NCBI GenBank assembly: GCA_036172245.1
Contig: JAYWIR010000006.1
Span: 806,001 to 870,000, forward strand
DNA length: 64,000 nucleotides
Direction: 5' to 3'
Source: Raillietiella orientalis
Taxonomy: Eukaryota
Shown here: positions 40,960-53,600 of the stretch, piece after piece
Layout of the letters: each line of letters opens with the position of its first letter
Numbering within the stretch: position 1 is the stretch's first letter
Made by a program: the position numbers and the translations under genes
The notes under the pieces: generated by a model
Databases searched by the model: none
Seen by the model: only the letters and a program-made list of their open reading frames with translations
What the model was told of the DNA's origin: nothing

Positions 40960-43900
40960 GCGAAGCCAAACAGTGCGGAAAACAGGCGAGCGTGGTGTCG
41001 CTCGCCAACGGGCAGGAGCATACGTTTTCCTATTGGACGGACGAGCCGCAGCCCACGGTCGAACGGGTGACGACAGCGGATGCACGCGAGATCGACCTCG
41101 AGACCAAAACTGTGACCACGAGGAGCAGCGGCGTTTCTCGCCCGGACGATTACCAGGATCCCACCGGAGCCGATCACGCGGCAACGGAGGAGTTCGATAC
41201 GAGCACCGAAACGCTTCCCAGGACGGATGCTGCCGACGACTTCGTCCGAAAGTACACCATCACCTGGGACAGGGAAGCCGAGGAGGAGGAAGACTTCACG
41301 CGGACCGCAGAGTCCGCCAGCACCCAGCATCCGCCGCGCCGGGAGGGAGCGCACGTCCCCGGCGCGGAGGCGGAGGAGGAACTCACCCTCGACACTCCGA
41401 CCACGTCCGACGATCGCCGCCCGGTTCCCTCCGCGACAACGGACGGTACTGCTGATCCTGCCGAAGCAACCGAGGGTTACTTCAGCATCGGTGGTCGCAC
41501 CTCTCCTGCTGATCTCTCGGAAGAGCAAGCGGACAGCGAATTCTGGTACGACATCCAGCAATCCGACGACCGCCAGGGCGAGGATCCGCGGCCAAGCACC
41601 GCCGCACACGCCGACGTCATCGTAGATGGAGCCACGCCGGGCGCCGCCGCCCCGGTTTACAAAAGTGACTCGCCAACGATAGCATGGAGGAAGCACGTCG
41701 AGGTGACGGAAGCTGGGCTGCTCACGACGGAGCCCGCGACAGAGCCCTCCTCCCCTTTGGATCCCGCGGAGGACCCGAGGCTCGGTTTGCTCTCTTCGGG
41801 AACCGGAAGCGGAGGAGACGAGGACGGGGAGGATGCGGAGCGGGGGACCCGTCGTCGCACGTCCCATCCTCCACCTTCCACTCCTCCCGGCCCTCCGCCA
41901 GCCGCGGGAATCGGCCTTCTGAGCGCAGCCAGGGAGGAAGAAGAGGCCGCCACGACTACAGGAGGCCCCGGGCGCAGCAGCGCGGCGCCGCGCTTTCGTC
42001 GGGCGGACCGGCTCGGCATCAGCGGCGAGAGCGGACGGGCGGGTGACCTGAAAGCCCGAAAGGATCTTCCCGATGGGAAGCGTGATCGACACGTTCTGCC
42101 GCCCTCCGGCGCGAAGGACGAGGCCGCGGCAGGCAGTAGACCCGACAGTGCGTCGCCCATGGAGCCCTATTTTGACGATTTCGGGTGGATAATTCTGAAT
42201 CCCGGTAATTCTTTTCCTTGTGACGAACACGCGCAGAATTCGAAAACACAGCACACAAGAAAAGACACATCCCCTTCACCACAGACCCCCAGTAAATACC
42301 TGGTCTCGAAAGCGCAAACAAAATCGAGTAGTGACACCGGAAGTCCCGATAGAATTTCCTTTTACCGTAACGTGACCGGTAGGCATTTGGAATCGGGAAG
42401 AGAGGACAGCGGCCTTCAGACGCAAGCAAAAGGTGATCATGGGACGCGCACATGGGAATTCTGTTGTGCTATTTGCAGTTGTGATTTTCAGACCACGCCG
42501 TTCGTAGCCACGGGAACACGCTACCGAAGAGGGAGCCCCCGGTTCTGAGCACGGGAACAAGGAAGGCGGCGCTCGGGAGAGCTTTCAGAGGAGCCGCGAG
42601 GAACAACTCGCCGCCGGAAGGTTTCAAGCAAAAGTTCCACCAGAAGGCAGCCGCGGAGCTTCTCAAGCCGGAACTTGCTAGAAGAAGGAGCACCCGCAAG
42701 CCTGGAGTCTCCGGAGCTCTCGAAGAAGCAACAACCACTTTCGAAAGAGGAAAGGCACTCGACGTTTCGGCAGATTCGTTCGCTGAAGAGACAACGTCTT
42801 ATAGCGAAGCAACCAAGCCAAGAAGAACCCAGCAGAGCAACCGCTCCGCGGAAACTCTGGAGAAACAGTCACGAAGCCACAGTTACCGTACTAGCAAGGT
42901 TCAACAGTTCAGGAGACTGCAGAGCAACGGTAAATTGAGCATTCAAGGTTTGAGAGTCTATAGTGCCTCTGTTCCACTTCCACAAAAAAGTTTACATTCA
43001 AATTTTACAAAAACAACAGAACCTACGGTTTCGTTCGTTGACGAGACAGAATACAACGACCGGAACCCTCCTCCAGGGAGAACTGCTCCTTCTGCAATCA
43101 GACTTTCCCACCTCAACAAGAAGCGATTCGAGATCCAACGCAACGCCGAGGACGGGGAAGTACCTCAAGGCGTGACTCCCGTCGAAGAAGGAAGCGAAAG
43201 ATCTCCAAGCGCGCGCGAAAGATCAAGTGTCACTTGGAGAAAGAAGCCAAACGTCTCGGAGACCAGCAACACCCTGAAGCGAGAGGACATCATCCATCTA
43301 CTGAGGCTGGCAAAGCTGAACAGGGGTGCCGCGGCGAACCACCCCGCTTCCAACAAGCACCCCACGAAGCAGCTCCCTCGGTACAATCCTCCTTCGGCGC
43401 AGGCACACGAAGAGCACTTGAGAAGACGCCTCTTCTATTATGGAGATCGCTTTCTGGATAATCTTATGAATCTCGTGTACGGTGTCGATGTTCAGAATAA
43501 ATCACTCAATACAAGCGAATTGTTATTGAACAGTGGTGGTCCAGCAGGTCAGTTGTTATAGCATCTATCAAAAGATTTCGGAATGATTGACGAATCTGAA
43601 CGACTTGATGGAAAACTCGCAATTTTTCAGATTTAGGCGAACAGCTCCAAAGAAACAATGATTACAAACATCCAAGTTTTCATCAAGAGAAGTCGAATTT
43701 TAATTATAGACTGAAAAGGTGAAACAGCTTTCTAGAAATCGCAGCCTTATTTTTTTTTTGGGGGGGGGGGGGGAAAGGAGAAAAAAAAATATTTTTTTTT
43801 CCCCCCAAGATTCCTGCACTGGCAACCACATTCATTCCGCTCCATATTCCTTGGACAAAGTACAAACACAAGGAAACCGAGACAGCTGGTTCGCAGGGAA

Positions 43901-44445
43901 CACCCCAAAGACTGCGAGTGGTTCTTCGAAGTAATAGGTCACTTGGAAGGGTCCGCACGTTTCGTAACGCCTTTGTTCAGACCGACCAGCAGTTGCATTT
44001 GCTTCTGACCATTTTCAACCTGAGCACTTCCTTCGACGTCGACTGCGGAGGTGCTTACGTGGAGGTCGAAAGAGGAGGGAACGGCTTTTTCGCACGGTGG
44101 TGCGGGAACCGCATAGCGAAGGTACTGCCCCCAAAACCCCACTAATGCCACACGCCTTTCCTTGTTTTCTTTCCCAAGGGGATCTCCGAGCCCATAATGC
44201 TCATGGCCCGCCACCAGGTCCGCATCCGCTTGCACGAAAACGCCAAGAACGTTCCGACTGGGATCGAAGGCACGGTTGCCGGTAAGCCCCCGAAAACTCA
44301 ATTTGAACGCGGCCCTCGATCTCCCTTCCTCTCTCTCCTCCGGATTCAAGTTTACGACCTGAGGGACGTGCAGCAGTTCAGGAATTTCCACCGCAAGTTC
44401 TCGCAAAGACCGCTGAGACCTATTCAGAAAGCAGTCGCAAAATGA
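40960..44445 (+). CDS. Main exons of an uncharacterised secreted protein with a long low-complexity region and C-terminal CUB-domain core; exons 40960-42204, 42492-43547, 43631-43718, 43810-43930, 43981-44121, 44179-44281, 44351-44445
   Basis: GT-AG introns (287, 83, 91, 50, 57, 69 nt) give one continuous frame. The spliced C-terminus is HPKDCEWFFE-TDQQLHLLLTIFNLSTSFDVDCGGAYVEVERGGNGFFARWCGNRIAK-GISEPIMLMARHQVRIRLHENAKNVPTGIEGTVAVYD, matching the CUB pattern (DC-x-W; C-x3-YVEV; R-W-CG; V-x-I-x-hydrophobic; G-hydrophobic). The donor at 42204 has an alternative phase-1 candidate at 42378. Confidence 0.8.
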
Positions 44446-44573
44446 CTCGATCCGAGATATCCGTCCCCAGATACTGTGATACAAGATGCTGCCACCGTGG
44501 ACGAAGCCTCAAGTATTGTTTCGCAAAAAAAAAAGAGCAAAATCAATAATAAGAAAACTCAACAACCTGCATA

Positions 44574-44579
44574 TTTATT
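44574..44579 (-). terminator. Candidate polyadenylation signal AATAAA for Amph
   Basis: Canonical hexamer about 66 nt after the Amph stop codon. Confidence 0.5.
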
Positions 44580-44644
44580 AGTAACGTTGGTGTGCATGTG
44601 TTTTATGTATATTTATATTTATATATATATATCTATGAAAAAAA

Positions 44645-47600
44645 TTAAATCGGGCGAGTGAAGTTTGCTGGGAAAAGACCTTTCTGACCAGAGCTTTCCT
44701 TGATACCCATCAGCCAGCCTTCTTCCTGTTCGTCCGGGTCTTCGTAACGGATGACGTTGACCACGTCACCCGGTTCCAGGTTCAGCTCGTCTACGTCCTC
44801 CGCCTTGTAGCGGTACCCGGCCCGCACGCGGTACAGCACACCTTCAGGCAGCCCCTCGGTCGTAGCCCCGATCGGCACGTCGTACAAGGGGCTGTCGATT
44901 CGCACGTCGTTCTGTTTCAAAGCCGCTGGGGAGGGCTCCCCGTTGGGTTCCGCCCGCCTGTACTCCACTTCTTCGTAGGAGCGCGACGTCTCCTTGCGCT
45001 GCGTCTTGTGGGGCACGTCGCGACCTAACCGCTCCACGATCGACTCCAGCTCGAAGTTGGCCTTCGACGCCTCGGCGTGGAAGTTGCCTTCCGCCGTGCA
45101 GAGGGTCTGGACCGTGCACGAGTAAAACGGGATTCGGGAATCGTGCAGCGCGGGCAGCTCCTCCCGCAGCTCGCTCGTAACCGCCTCGTAGGTGTGGCGG
45201 GCCTCGTCCAGCTGCTCCTTGGCTTTCGCGATCCGCATCTCTTCTCGGCGACGTGGGTTGGCGAGCATGGATTCGTAGTTGTGCCTCTGGCTGTCGTAGT
45301 CGATCAACTTGCGCCGGCGCTTGTCGATGCGTTTCTGTTTCGGAAATGGAACTCCCTGCGGCCCCTCGGGCACTCCGCGAACCTTACCCTGATGTCAGCA
45401 AACTGGTTCAGATACGTGGACAGGGGCAGCAGCACTTGGTCGTTGAGTTTGTGGCAGAGATCGGTCCAGAGCATTTCCAGGTTCTGGGCCTGCACCAAGG
45501 CCAGCTCCTTCCCTGACCATTCCGGTTCGTACAGCTCGCAAATGATCTCCATCAAGCTTTTGCTGGCAATCTGCAAAGCTTTCACACACCGGATGTAATT
45601 CGTTAATTCCTTGTTGAGCCTGTTGGCGGACGCCTGCTGGCGGTTGAAATTTTCCACCTGTTCGTCGAAGTTTTCGTCGGTCGTTCTGTCTGCCTTTCCA
45701 AGGTTTTGCATGAGCTGGAAGAAGGAAACATGGGATCAAATGCGCTACCAGGCAACTGGTGGGCTGGGTCTCCGGGGAACAGAATCTCGGCTCGTGGACA
45801 GCGCGAAGGACGACCACGACCACCAGCACGCAAAAGCTCTCTCTTCGGTTAAACCTCAAGAGAGCAACGCTCGCACCTTTTTTTTTTTTCCTTTAGCGAC
45901 AGAAAGCTGCCGGCACGCTTTCGCAATGAAGCCGAGATCTGTGGAGCAAACAAAAAGCTTCGGTGGATCGAGAAGGAACTCCGAAGCATCTTCTCAACGA
46001 CTTATTGATTGATTAACCGTCGCTGTCTATCTCTTTGCGTCGTTGCCTCCTTGCGCGCTACTCTTTTGTTTCTGAAACGTGCACAAGAAGAAATCACGCC
46101 GTTATCGAGTACTGTGAGACACCCATTTTAAGCATGCCCGCGATGTAGCACCGCCGTCTCGCTCAAAGAACGGAAGCTTACAAAAAGACACGTGCTGGTG
46201 CATCCTTATCCAACGTAAACGAATGACGGTGGAGACGGCTTTGGGAGACCTCCGGAAAGTCTCTTCCGGAGACCCACGGAACGTGGCGCGGCTCCCAACC
46301 TACTTCGGTTCCGCCGGAACACGAAGAATCTCCGCCTCTGGAAGGGGATGGTGAGAATTTTCTTCGAGAGAGAACCTCGGCTTGGAAACGGAATGACCGG
46401 AAGAGCAGCTCTTTTCCACATTGGCGCAGATCACATTCACGACCACGAAACTTCCGAAATAAATATTTTCCACCAAAAAAAAAAAAGAGATGGGGGGGGG
46501 GGGGGAGAGAGAGAGACAACAGAAAAGAATGCAACGTTATAATGCAATGACAGCACTTTAAGAAAATCACTAATGATTTGTTACAGATGAGATCCACCGT
46601 TTCTATATATCTATGTGTGTGTGCGTGCGTGCATCTCCAGCAATTGAGAGCCAGAACACGTTCTGTAAACAGAATGATCTCTCACCAATTGTCATTCCGC
46701 AGAGTAGCAGATGTTCTGTTAAGTCACGGATTAGCAGAAACTTTCCTGAGCATGAAGAAAACCGTGCTGACCACACGCAGCCTCTCCGCGTACAAAGTAT
46801 AGAGAGAATTCGAAAATACGGTACGATGTCGTGGGCGAAAACTTCTGGAGCCTTGCAAGCGAGCCATGCTGCATTCCCCCTGGGCGGGGACAGTTCCACA
46901 GAGAGATTACCCCTTAATTACATTAGCGGTGCGCCTATCATGGGGAAAAGCGCAAGCAGTGGAAAGCCGCCTCCCTGCGAGTACAGCAGGCAGGCAGGCA
47001 GGAGCACGGGCCAAGCAAAACTGGGATGAAGTGAGAGCTTCGGCATTGCAAGATTCGAACAGAAAAGGAATGGGTGGTCCTTGGCAAACAGTCAGACTCG
47101 ATTCCACAAAGGACTCGGGACTCGCGCGTTGTGAAGATGTGCGGAAGCCCGTGCCTATCTTCACAACGCACGTTTTCGTCAAATTGGCAAAAGATGTGGT
47201 TGCTAGGCTGCCTGTGCTGCCCGAGGCAAGTATTTTCGCGAAACGAGGCAATGATATAAAATCTACAATCGTTTGCTTATCGACTTTTCGGCACATCTCT
47301 GAGCAAGCTTGATTTCCCATAAATGCATTCAGCCACTTGAGACCGTTAAGGAATCTGCATCAGTGATGCATTCCCCTCTCCCCCCTCCCCCCCCAAAAAA
47401 GGAGAAAAAGCAACATCCCCAGTTTTTTTCTAATGAATCGATAAAACGATTTTACAAACTTTCATTCTAAAGATCTCACTTGCTCTTAATTGGAAATTTT
47501 CCAAATGTTTTTGGGAGTGAGCGACGTGATTGGAAATAAATTTTTCAAGGTCTTCAATCCTTTTATGGTTGCTAATAGTGAGATTGTCACAGAGGTGGGT

Positions 47601-50600
47601 GATTGGTGAAGGCAAGCAGCAAAAAGTTCAGATGCCCACCCTGAGAATCCGTAACTCTATGTAAATTACTTTTATCGACTTCGACTACCGAGTTCTTCAA
47701 GCGCATGGAATGTGTGTGTTTTTAGAAACATCTGAAAACATCACCACGGATACCTTCCACTTTTTTTTTTGCCCACCCGTGTTTAGCAAGAAACACAATC
47801 AATGACCACAGTTTCCACGAATCTTTCTGAAGAATTAGTCGAGTATCGTAAATCAGTCACTTTGGCCTGATTTTCGAGCAGCGCGTTTGTTTGTAAAGTG
47901 ACCTGGCATCGGGAGAAATTCGGATGCGACGCCCGTTTCTTGCTCCCATCATCGGGTCAAAGCTGCCGTTTCTAAGTCGCTAAACCCGCAATCCCCGAGT
48001 GATGCTATCAAAGAGGCAATTTCCTTCCAGCTGTTAACAGTATCCATCCCGATTTTTTGAATTTTAAAACGCGGAAAGAAGGGCCCTGTGGCCGGAATCT
48101 ACCAAGGTCGCAGGCTGCAGGTCTGCCGTCCTAAGGTTCCAGGCGTGGGTTCGGACTCTTAGCATCTCGGCGTGTCACTGTTCTGCCAAACCTCCTCAGC
48201 CAGAACCCGTGGCGACGCATGCCGCAGCAGATTCCAGCATCTGCATCCCCCGAACCTCGATGAAGCGTGCCTGCACCGGCGGAGCCAAGTCGGCCCCTCG
48301 AATTCCCATCAGTCGCCGAAAGACGGAATGCCAAGGCTGTCGAGGTTACCTATCCTCCGGGAGCACGGATGCATGACGTGCTGCGGTACCTCTGGAAACG
48401 TATACAGAAATCCCGAAAGTTCTTGCTGTGGACAACATTCGATGCGAAACAGGTTTGCTGCTGGAAGCTGTGTCCTGATTCCCGGGTGTTTTTTTTTCCC
48501 TCTTTCCGTGCTGCTCTTCCGCGTCCAGGACCGGCTCTACCACCTTCGTCTCTTTTGCGTTTCGCGCTCGTTCCTCCGCAGGAGATCCAGAACTCGCAGC
48601 ACACCTCCCGAACGAGGATACTGGGACGCGCAGCACGATCTTCAATTCTTTGATCTCAGGATGGCTGCAGTGCGCCGATCGATCACTCGTCGGGACGGCC
48701 TCGCTATGCAACCGAACATCTCTGGCTGATGAGACTCAGCTGCGCGTTTCGAGAAGATTCGACTCCTTCACCGTTCTGTTGCGCAAGGTCCTTTGCATCT
48801 TGCTGCCGGCAAGCGCTCCCCGAACCTGCTTCTCCACCAGCGACTTTCTGCCATCCATTCTAAGAGTTTGGGCAGATTCCTGGATCTGTTTTGGAAAGAG
48901 GAACGCCGTTTGGCTCTGCGTGTGATTCAGCAACAACACGGAGGGTTGGAGACACACATGTGCGCACACGTAGCACAGAATGTGGGAGAGATAAAGTGAT
49001 GCGCACACAATGAGACACGCCGAGAAAACCAATTCTTTCGGCGCGAAGGGGGGGGGAAGAGAACAAAAAACACTCCTAAATAATAGGAAATTGTTATTAC
49101 CAATGTTCTAAATCAAAAAGTCTTCCTTCTTCATGGTACGGTTCGTGCTTTGATGCGATTTTCCAATGTCTCTCCATCGGCTGGAAAGCTTTCTTCTTCC
49201 CTTTCTGTCATTCAATTCATCAGATGGAAAACATCATTACCATGCGCGCGTTTTTTAAGGCGTGCATCGTACTATCACACAACTGCACGCCAGCCGCTTC
49301 TTATTTGTTCTTGTTTCTGTTTTCCTTTTAAGAAAAGAAAAGAAAAAAAAAGGGGGAAAAGAAAGGATGCCTCTCCCTTTTCATTGTGCCCCGACGACCA
49401 CGACGACGACGAACGCAATACCGTTTTGATTTGCTGACACGAAGTGGTTCCTGATTTTTCTTTCACTCGTTTCGAGTTCCCCGTGATATTTCTTTCAGGC
49501 TGGGATGCCCTGGCGTCTCCCGATCACCGATTTATTGGTTCTTCGGAGAATTATTAATGTACCAGGGCGCCCACGAAAGCCGTGCAGCAGACGTCCCCAC
49601 TGTGCATTCGCTACATGATGATAGCCGTGCCCACAATTTAGCATGGCTCTGTAATTTACATGTGACCTCACGAATCTATGGACCGGAATAAGAAAGAGGG
49701 GGCTCTTACAAGAGTCAGTGCATGCCATACCCCCCCCTGCGTTATTATTGTAGTCACTTGCTCAGTCTATCAATAGCTTCTTCGCTCTACAGATAAAACA
49801 ACACAAAAGTGGGGGAAGAAGAAGATAAGGGGGACGAATATCACGATGGGCTGTTAAAAACCGCGTCACTTCGCGAAAGCACACTCTTGGCAAACTTCCT
49901 CCTTCCTGTTGCCATTTTACCAAAATACAGCTGTGCACGTGTGTCTGCCGCGCGGCGTGGTGCTAAAAGTTGCCACCCGTTCCCTGCACGCGAGGGGGAA
50001 GATTCCTCCAGCGCATCTCTTCTCGGGACCTCACGCTCCCTTATGCAACTTCGCGCTGGGATTCGCTCCCGATGGGGCCACGCACTCCATCGCAACGCAT
50101 TCTCTGACCAGCCCAAGCACATGAGTCCTTCTTTGCGCAAAATCATCACGAGGTCTCTCTTTTTGAAGGCGGTTTTTCCCCGAGGCTCATGAGGGCGGAG
50201 GGCGAAGATCTCGAGTGCTCTGACGACTCGGCTGATACTTGAGCGCAAAAAGAGGATGAAGTACCACTTCCAAGAGTCGCAGCAGGAGGAAATGAGGAAT
50301 TCCTACCGCGGCATTATCTCGAAAGTAAAATGTGATCTAGTGGGGAACCGTGGCCGCGCCATCCCATCAAAAGCGCTCCCACTGCTACTCGTAAACCAAC
50401 CTTTTTTCTTTTTCTTTTTGTCAATTTAATTGCAAAGGTAATCGGAGGCATCGTTCGTCAGAGATCTTCATCTCGTGACGAAAGCCTCTTTTTGTTTTAC
50501 GATGCCTTTCTTCTGCTGCCTGGCCATGAAGAAGGCTTTCGATGGATGATCAGCTTCAGGCAGATGGCGTTCAGCAACATTTTTGTTGAACGTTTTGGTG

Positions 50601-53600
50601 TTCGAATCAACTCCGTGCAGGCTGGCTGACTTCTGTAGACAGATGACGAACACGAAACAACTCAAAATGCCACGAGGTCCTTCTGTGGGCACCACATCCC
50701 ACCCAGCACAGTGAGCACAGTTTGCAATTGTAATGCATTTCCGTGTCCTTCAAACCGGGCGGCATCAATGAAGACTTGGAACAGGGATCACACGAAATGC
50801 ATGTGCTGCCTTTGAAATAGGCAAAATTCACGTTACGTCTAATGGAACAAGAAATCGGTACTCCACAGTGTGCTTTCATCTGTTCCTTAAGATGTAAGCA
50901 TGGGCGCTGAAATCCGGAGGAGACTCCACTCTGGACAGAATACCTTCACAGGACGTGCAACGAAGCAAACTCCCTAATCGGAGATTTCGTCCAGAATTCA
51001 TCCAATAGAGTGAAAGATTATCACAGAAAGCTGCAGATGTCCGAACCGCAGAGCTTAAATGACGAATTGACAGATTGAGATTCCGTCGAGAAAATGGAAT
51101 CGAGGGAGCATCTCCGAAGGAGCACGCAGATCGGCAAAGCTAGAATGAAGTTTCAGGTCTGAATGGTAATCCGTGGATCTACAAGGGACGTTCCAAGAAA
51201 AAATGGGAGGGGGGGGGCACCAGCTTATACGCCCGCGAAGGAGATGCTTCGGCTCCAAAGAACCTGCGCCTTCCCTCACTGTGGTGCAACTTCTGGTCGC
51301 ATCTTCTGGCCGCACACAATGAAGCGCGTGGACTGCTGCAGATCCACAGGGAGCACACGCTGACTGATGGACTGGTACGGACGGCATTTGGCTGCCGTAC
51401 CACTTGTGGACGCAGCGCTTCTCTGTGCCCGTCACTGCGAACCACGAGATGCCGAACTCTGCCAGAAACTTGCTCAGAGGGTGCAGTGCTTTTTGTCACA
51501 GTTGTGCGATTAATGGAGCAGGCAATGAGTAATTAGTAAGCTGTTACGGGGATACTCTCATCAGTTGCTCGATCACGACGTGTGCAGCTCCGAAGCTCCT
51601 GCTATGCTACGAAACGAAAAATCGGGTTCCTATTTTCAGGAAGACCGAAAGCCGGAGTGTGCTGGCGGCAGACTGATGTTCCGATAGGGAACGACGATGC
51701 TGGCTGAACCTCCCCAATCGGCATTTTACTGTTACTTTTGAAATTAAAACCTGATTGCAGCCATAATAAGTCATGGAAATTCCATGAACGAACTCTCGGT
51801 CCTTCCCATCCAGTTCACGTGGGTAGCGTTGCCAACCGCTGTCAGAGTTTTACGCGAACCATTCGCATGCCAACCATTCCAGCAAGTCGTTGACATGCAC
51901 ACTTCCGCCGCGCACCCAACACCATGTCAGCGAAGATGCGTCGGATGCTGATGCTTTAAAAGATAAACTGAGGTAAGAGTGGATCATGGATCTCCTGTAA
52001 AGAACTCGGTAGTCTTGGTACTCGAGATTTCGAGTACAATTTTCGCCGGCGTACCAAGACACGGAAGAAAGAAGCGATGCATCGGATCGGATGACGGCAG
52101 GCATGAATGCAGAAAAAAAAAAAAAAAAAGTTCGATTGCCGAGCGATGCCGGGACCACACCCTTTACGTCCTTCGTAGCCACCTCCGCCTGAACTTAAAC
52201 CTCGCATATTCTGAATACACCACCACGAGAAGAGATGAGCATGGTGAGATGACAGTTACGAAGATGACGATGACAATCTGAACGAACGATCACACGAGTC
52301 TTTTCGCCTGCGCTTGCGAAACCTGAAACGATTTCCGTTTATTCGTGCAGGAAGAAGGTGCACCGAAGGGAGAGGAGGGAGAAGACGCGACGCCGCTCGT
52401 CACAAACAACACCAACGACACACCGGCACGTGACGTGCGCAAGCGGTTCGCCGCTTTTTAACCGAAGCATTTTCAAATTACACGGAATGCTGCAAAACAC
52501 GACGGCGTGGGATGCAACCTATGTGCACGTGTCAGTTGGTTCTTGCGTTGTGCCCCGGGGGTTTTACTTTGCGTTCAAGGAGTCTCCTGAAAGCCGAGCT
52601 TCCGTGGGGGCTGAAGTTCCAGCACGCCGCACGATCCCATCAGCGCAGGGCGAGAAGCGCTCGAGGAAATCAGCGCCGGGGTCGGCCGCCCCCGTATTTC
52701 CGAGACGCTCCACTCGCTCACCCAAGACTTTTCGAAGACCGGAAAAATCGGAATCTCGAGGGAGAACGCTGCAACACCACGTGGACTTTTTTGATTCGTG
52801 CCACGGAAACGATGGCACGGAAGAAGGGGAAGCGCGCGCTCCAGCCACTCGGCGGACCACACAGAATGAACTTTCACATGCTGAGCACAAGCACCTCCGG
52901 ATCAGCGATTGTGGGCTGTTTCCAGCGGCAGAGTCCACGTCCTTGTCTTCAACCTGCGCTGGGCTCAAGCTCCAACCGTACAGCCGCAGCTGCAGTTATG
53001 CTTCCCTGCGGCACTAAACGACCCCAGATGGTCAAGTTCACTGTAGAAACTCCCTGCTCTTCCACTAGCCCCTCACTTCTGCTGTCGCCTTTCCTCTCTA
53101 TATTAGCGGCAATCAGGACTAAGAAACCGTGGCTGCGTTAGAAGGATAACCGGGAGACCGGGATCAATTCATCCACATGTTTTACGGAGCAAAGTAGCAA
53201 ACGGTGCATTTGGTCCAGCACACGCGCAAAGGCTGAGCAGCCGAGGCAGGATTCTCGCACAATAGGACTGATCGACCACTCGCGAAATTCATAGCAGCAG
53301 CATCTACTTTCAGCACCGAAAAGAAAAAAAGAAAAAACTCACAAACGGAGGATGCTTAATTATGATGGCAGGATTCATCCAAATTAGCGGTACTATAGGG
53401 AATGAAGGTTTCTGGTAATTGCATCTCAAAGAAGAAGTCTGAGAGTAGGTAAACAAAGTAGGATGACAAGAATATACCATTTCAAACACAGATTCCAGAA
53501 AGTTCGCATTTTAGCAACAGAAGGGGGGGAAGAGGGGGGGGGGAGCGAGAGAGGACAGGAAAATGGCATTTGACTAATACATGTGTAATTTTCACAGCAG

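Noticed and set aside
40695..42254. 519-aa minus-strand ORF
   Set aside because: Antisense shadow of the GC-rich CUB-gene exon; no domain or splice support
45304..45390. Apparent frameshift between two amphiphysin ORFs
   Set aside because: Explained by a 53-nt GT-AG intron (45387-45335)
49841..49915. MATGRRKFAKSVLSR as an alternative Amph first exon
   Set aside because: Only AKSV resembles the H0 helix, there is no good donor, and the true exon 1 is at 58296-58231
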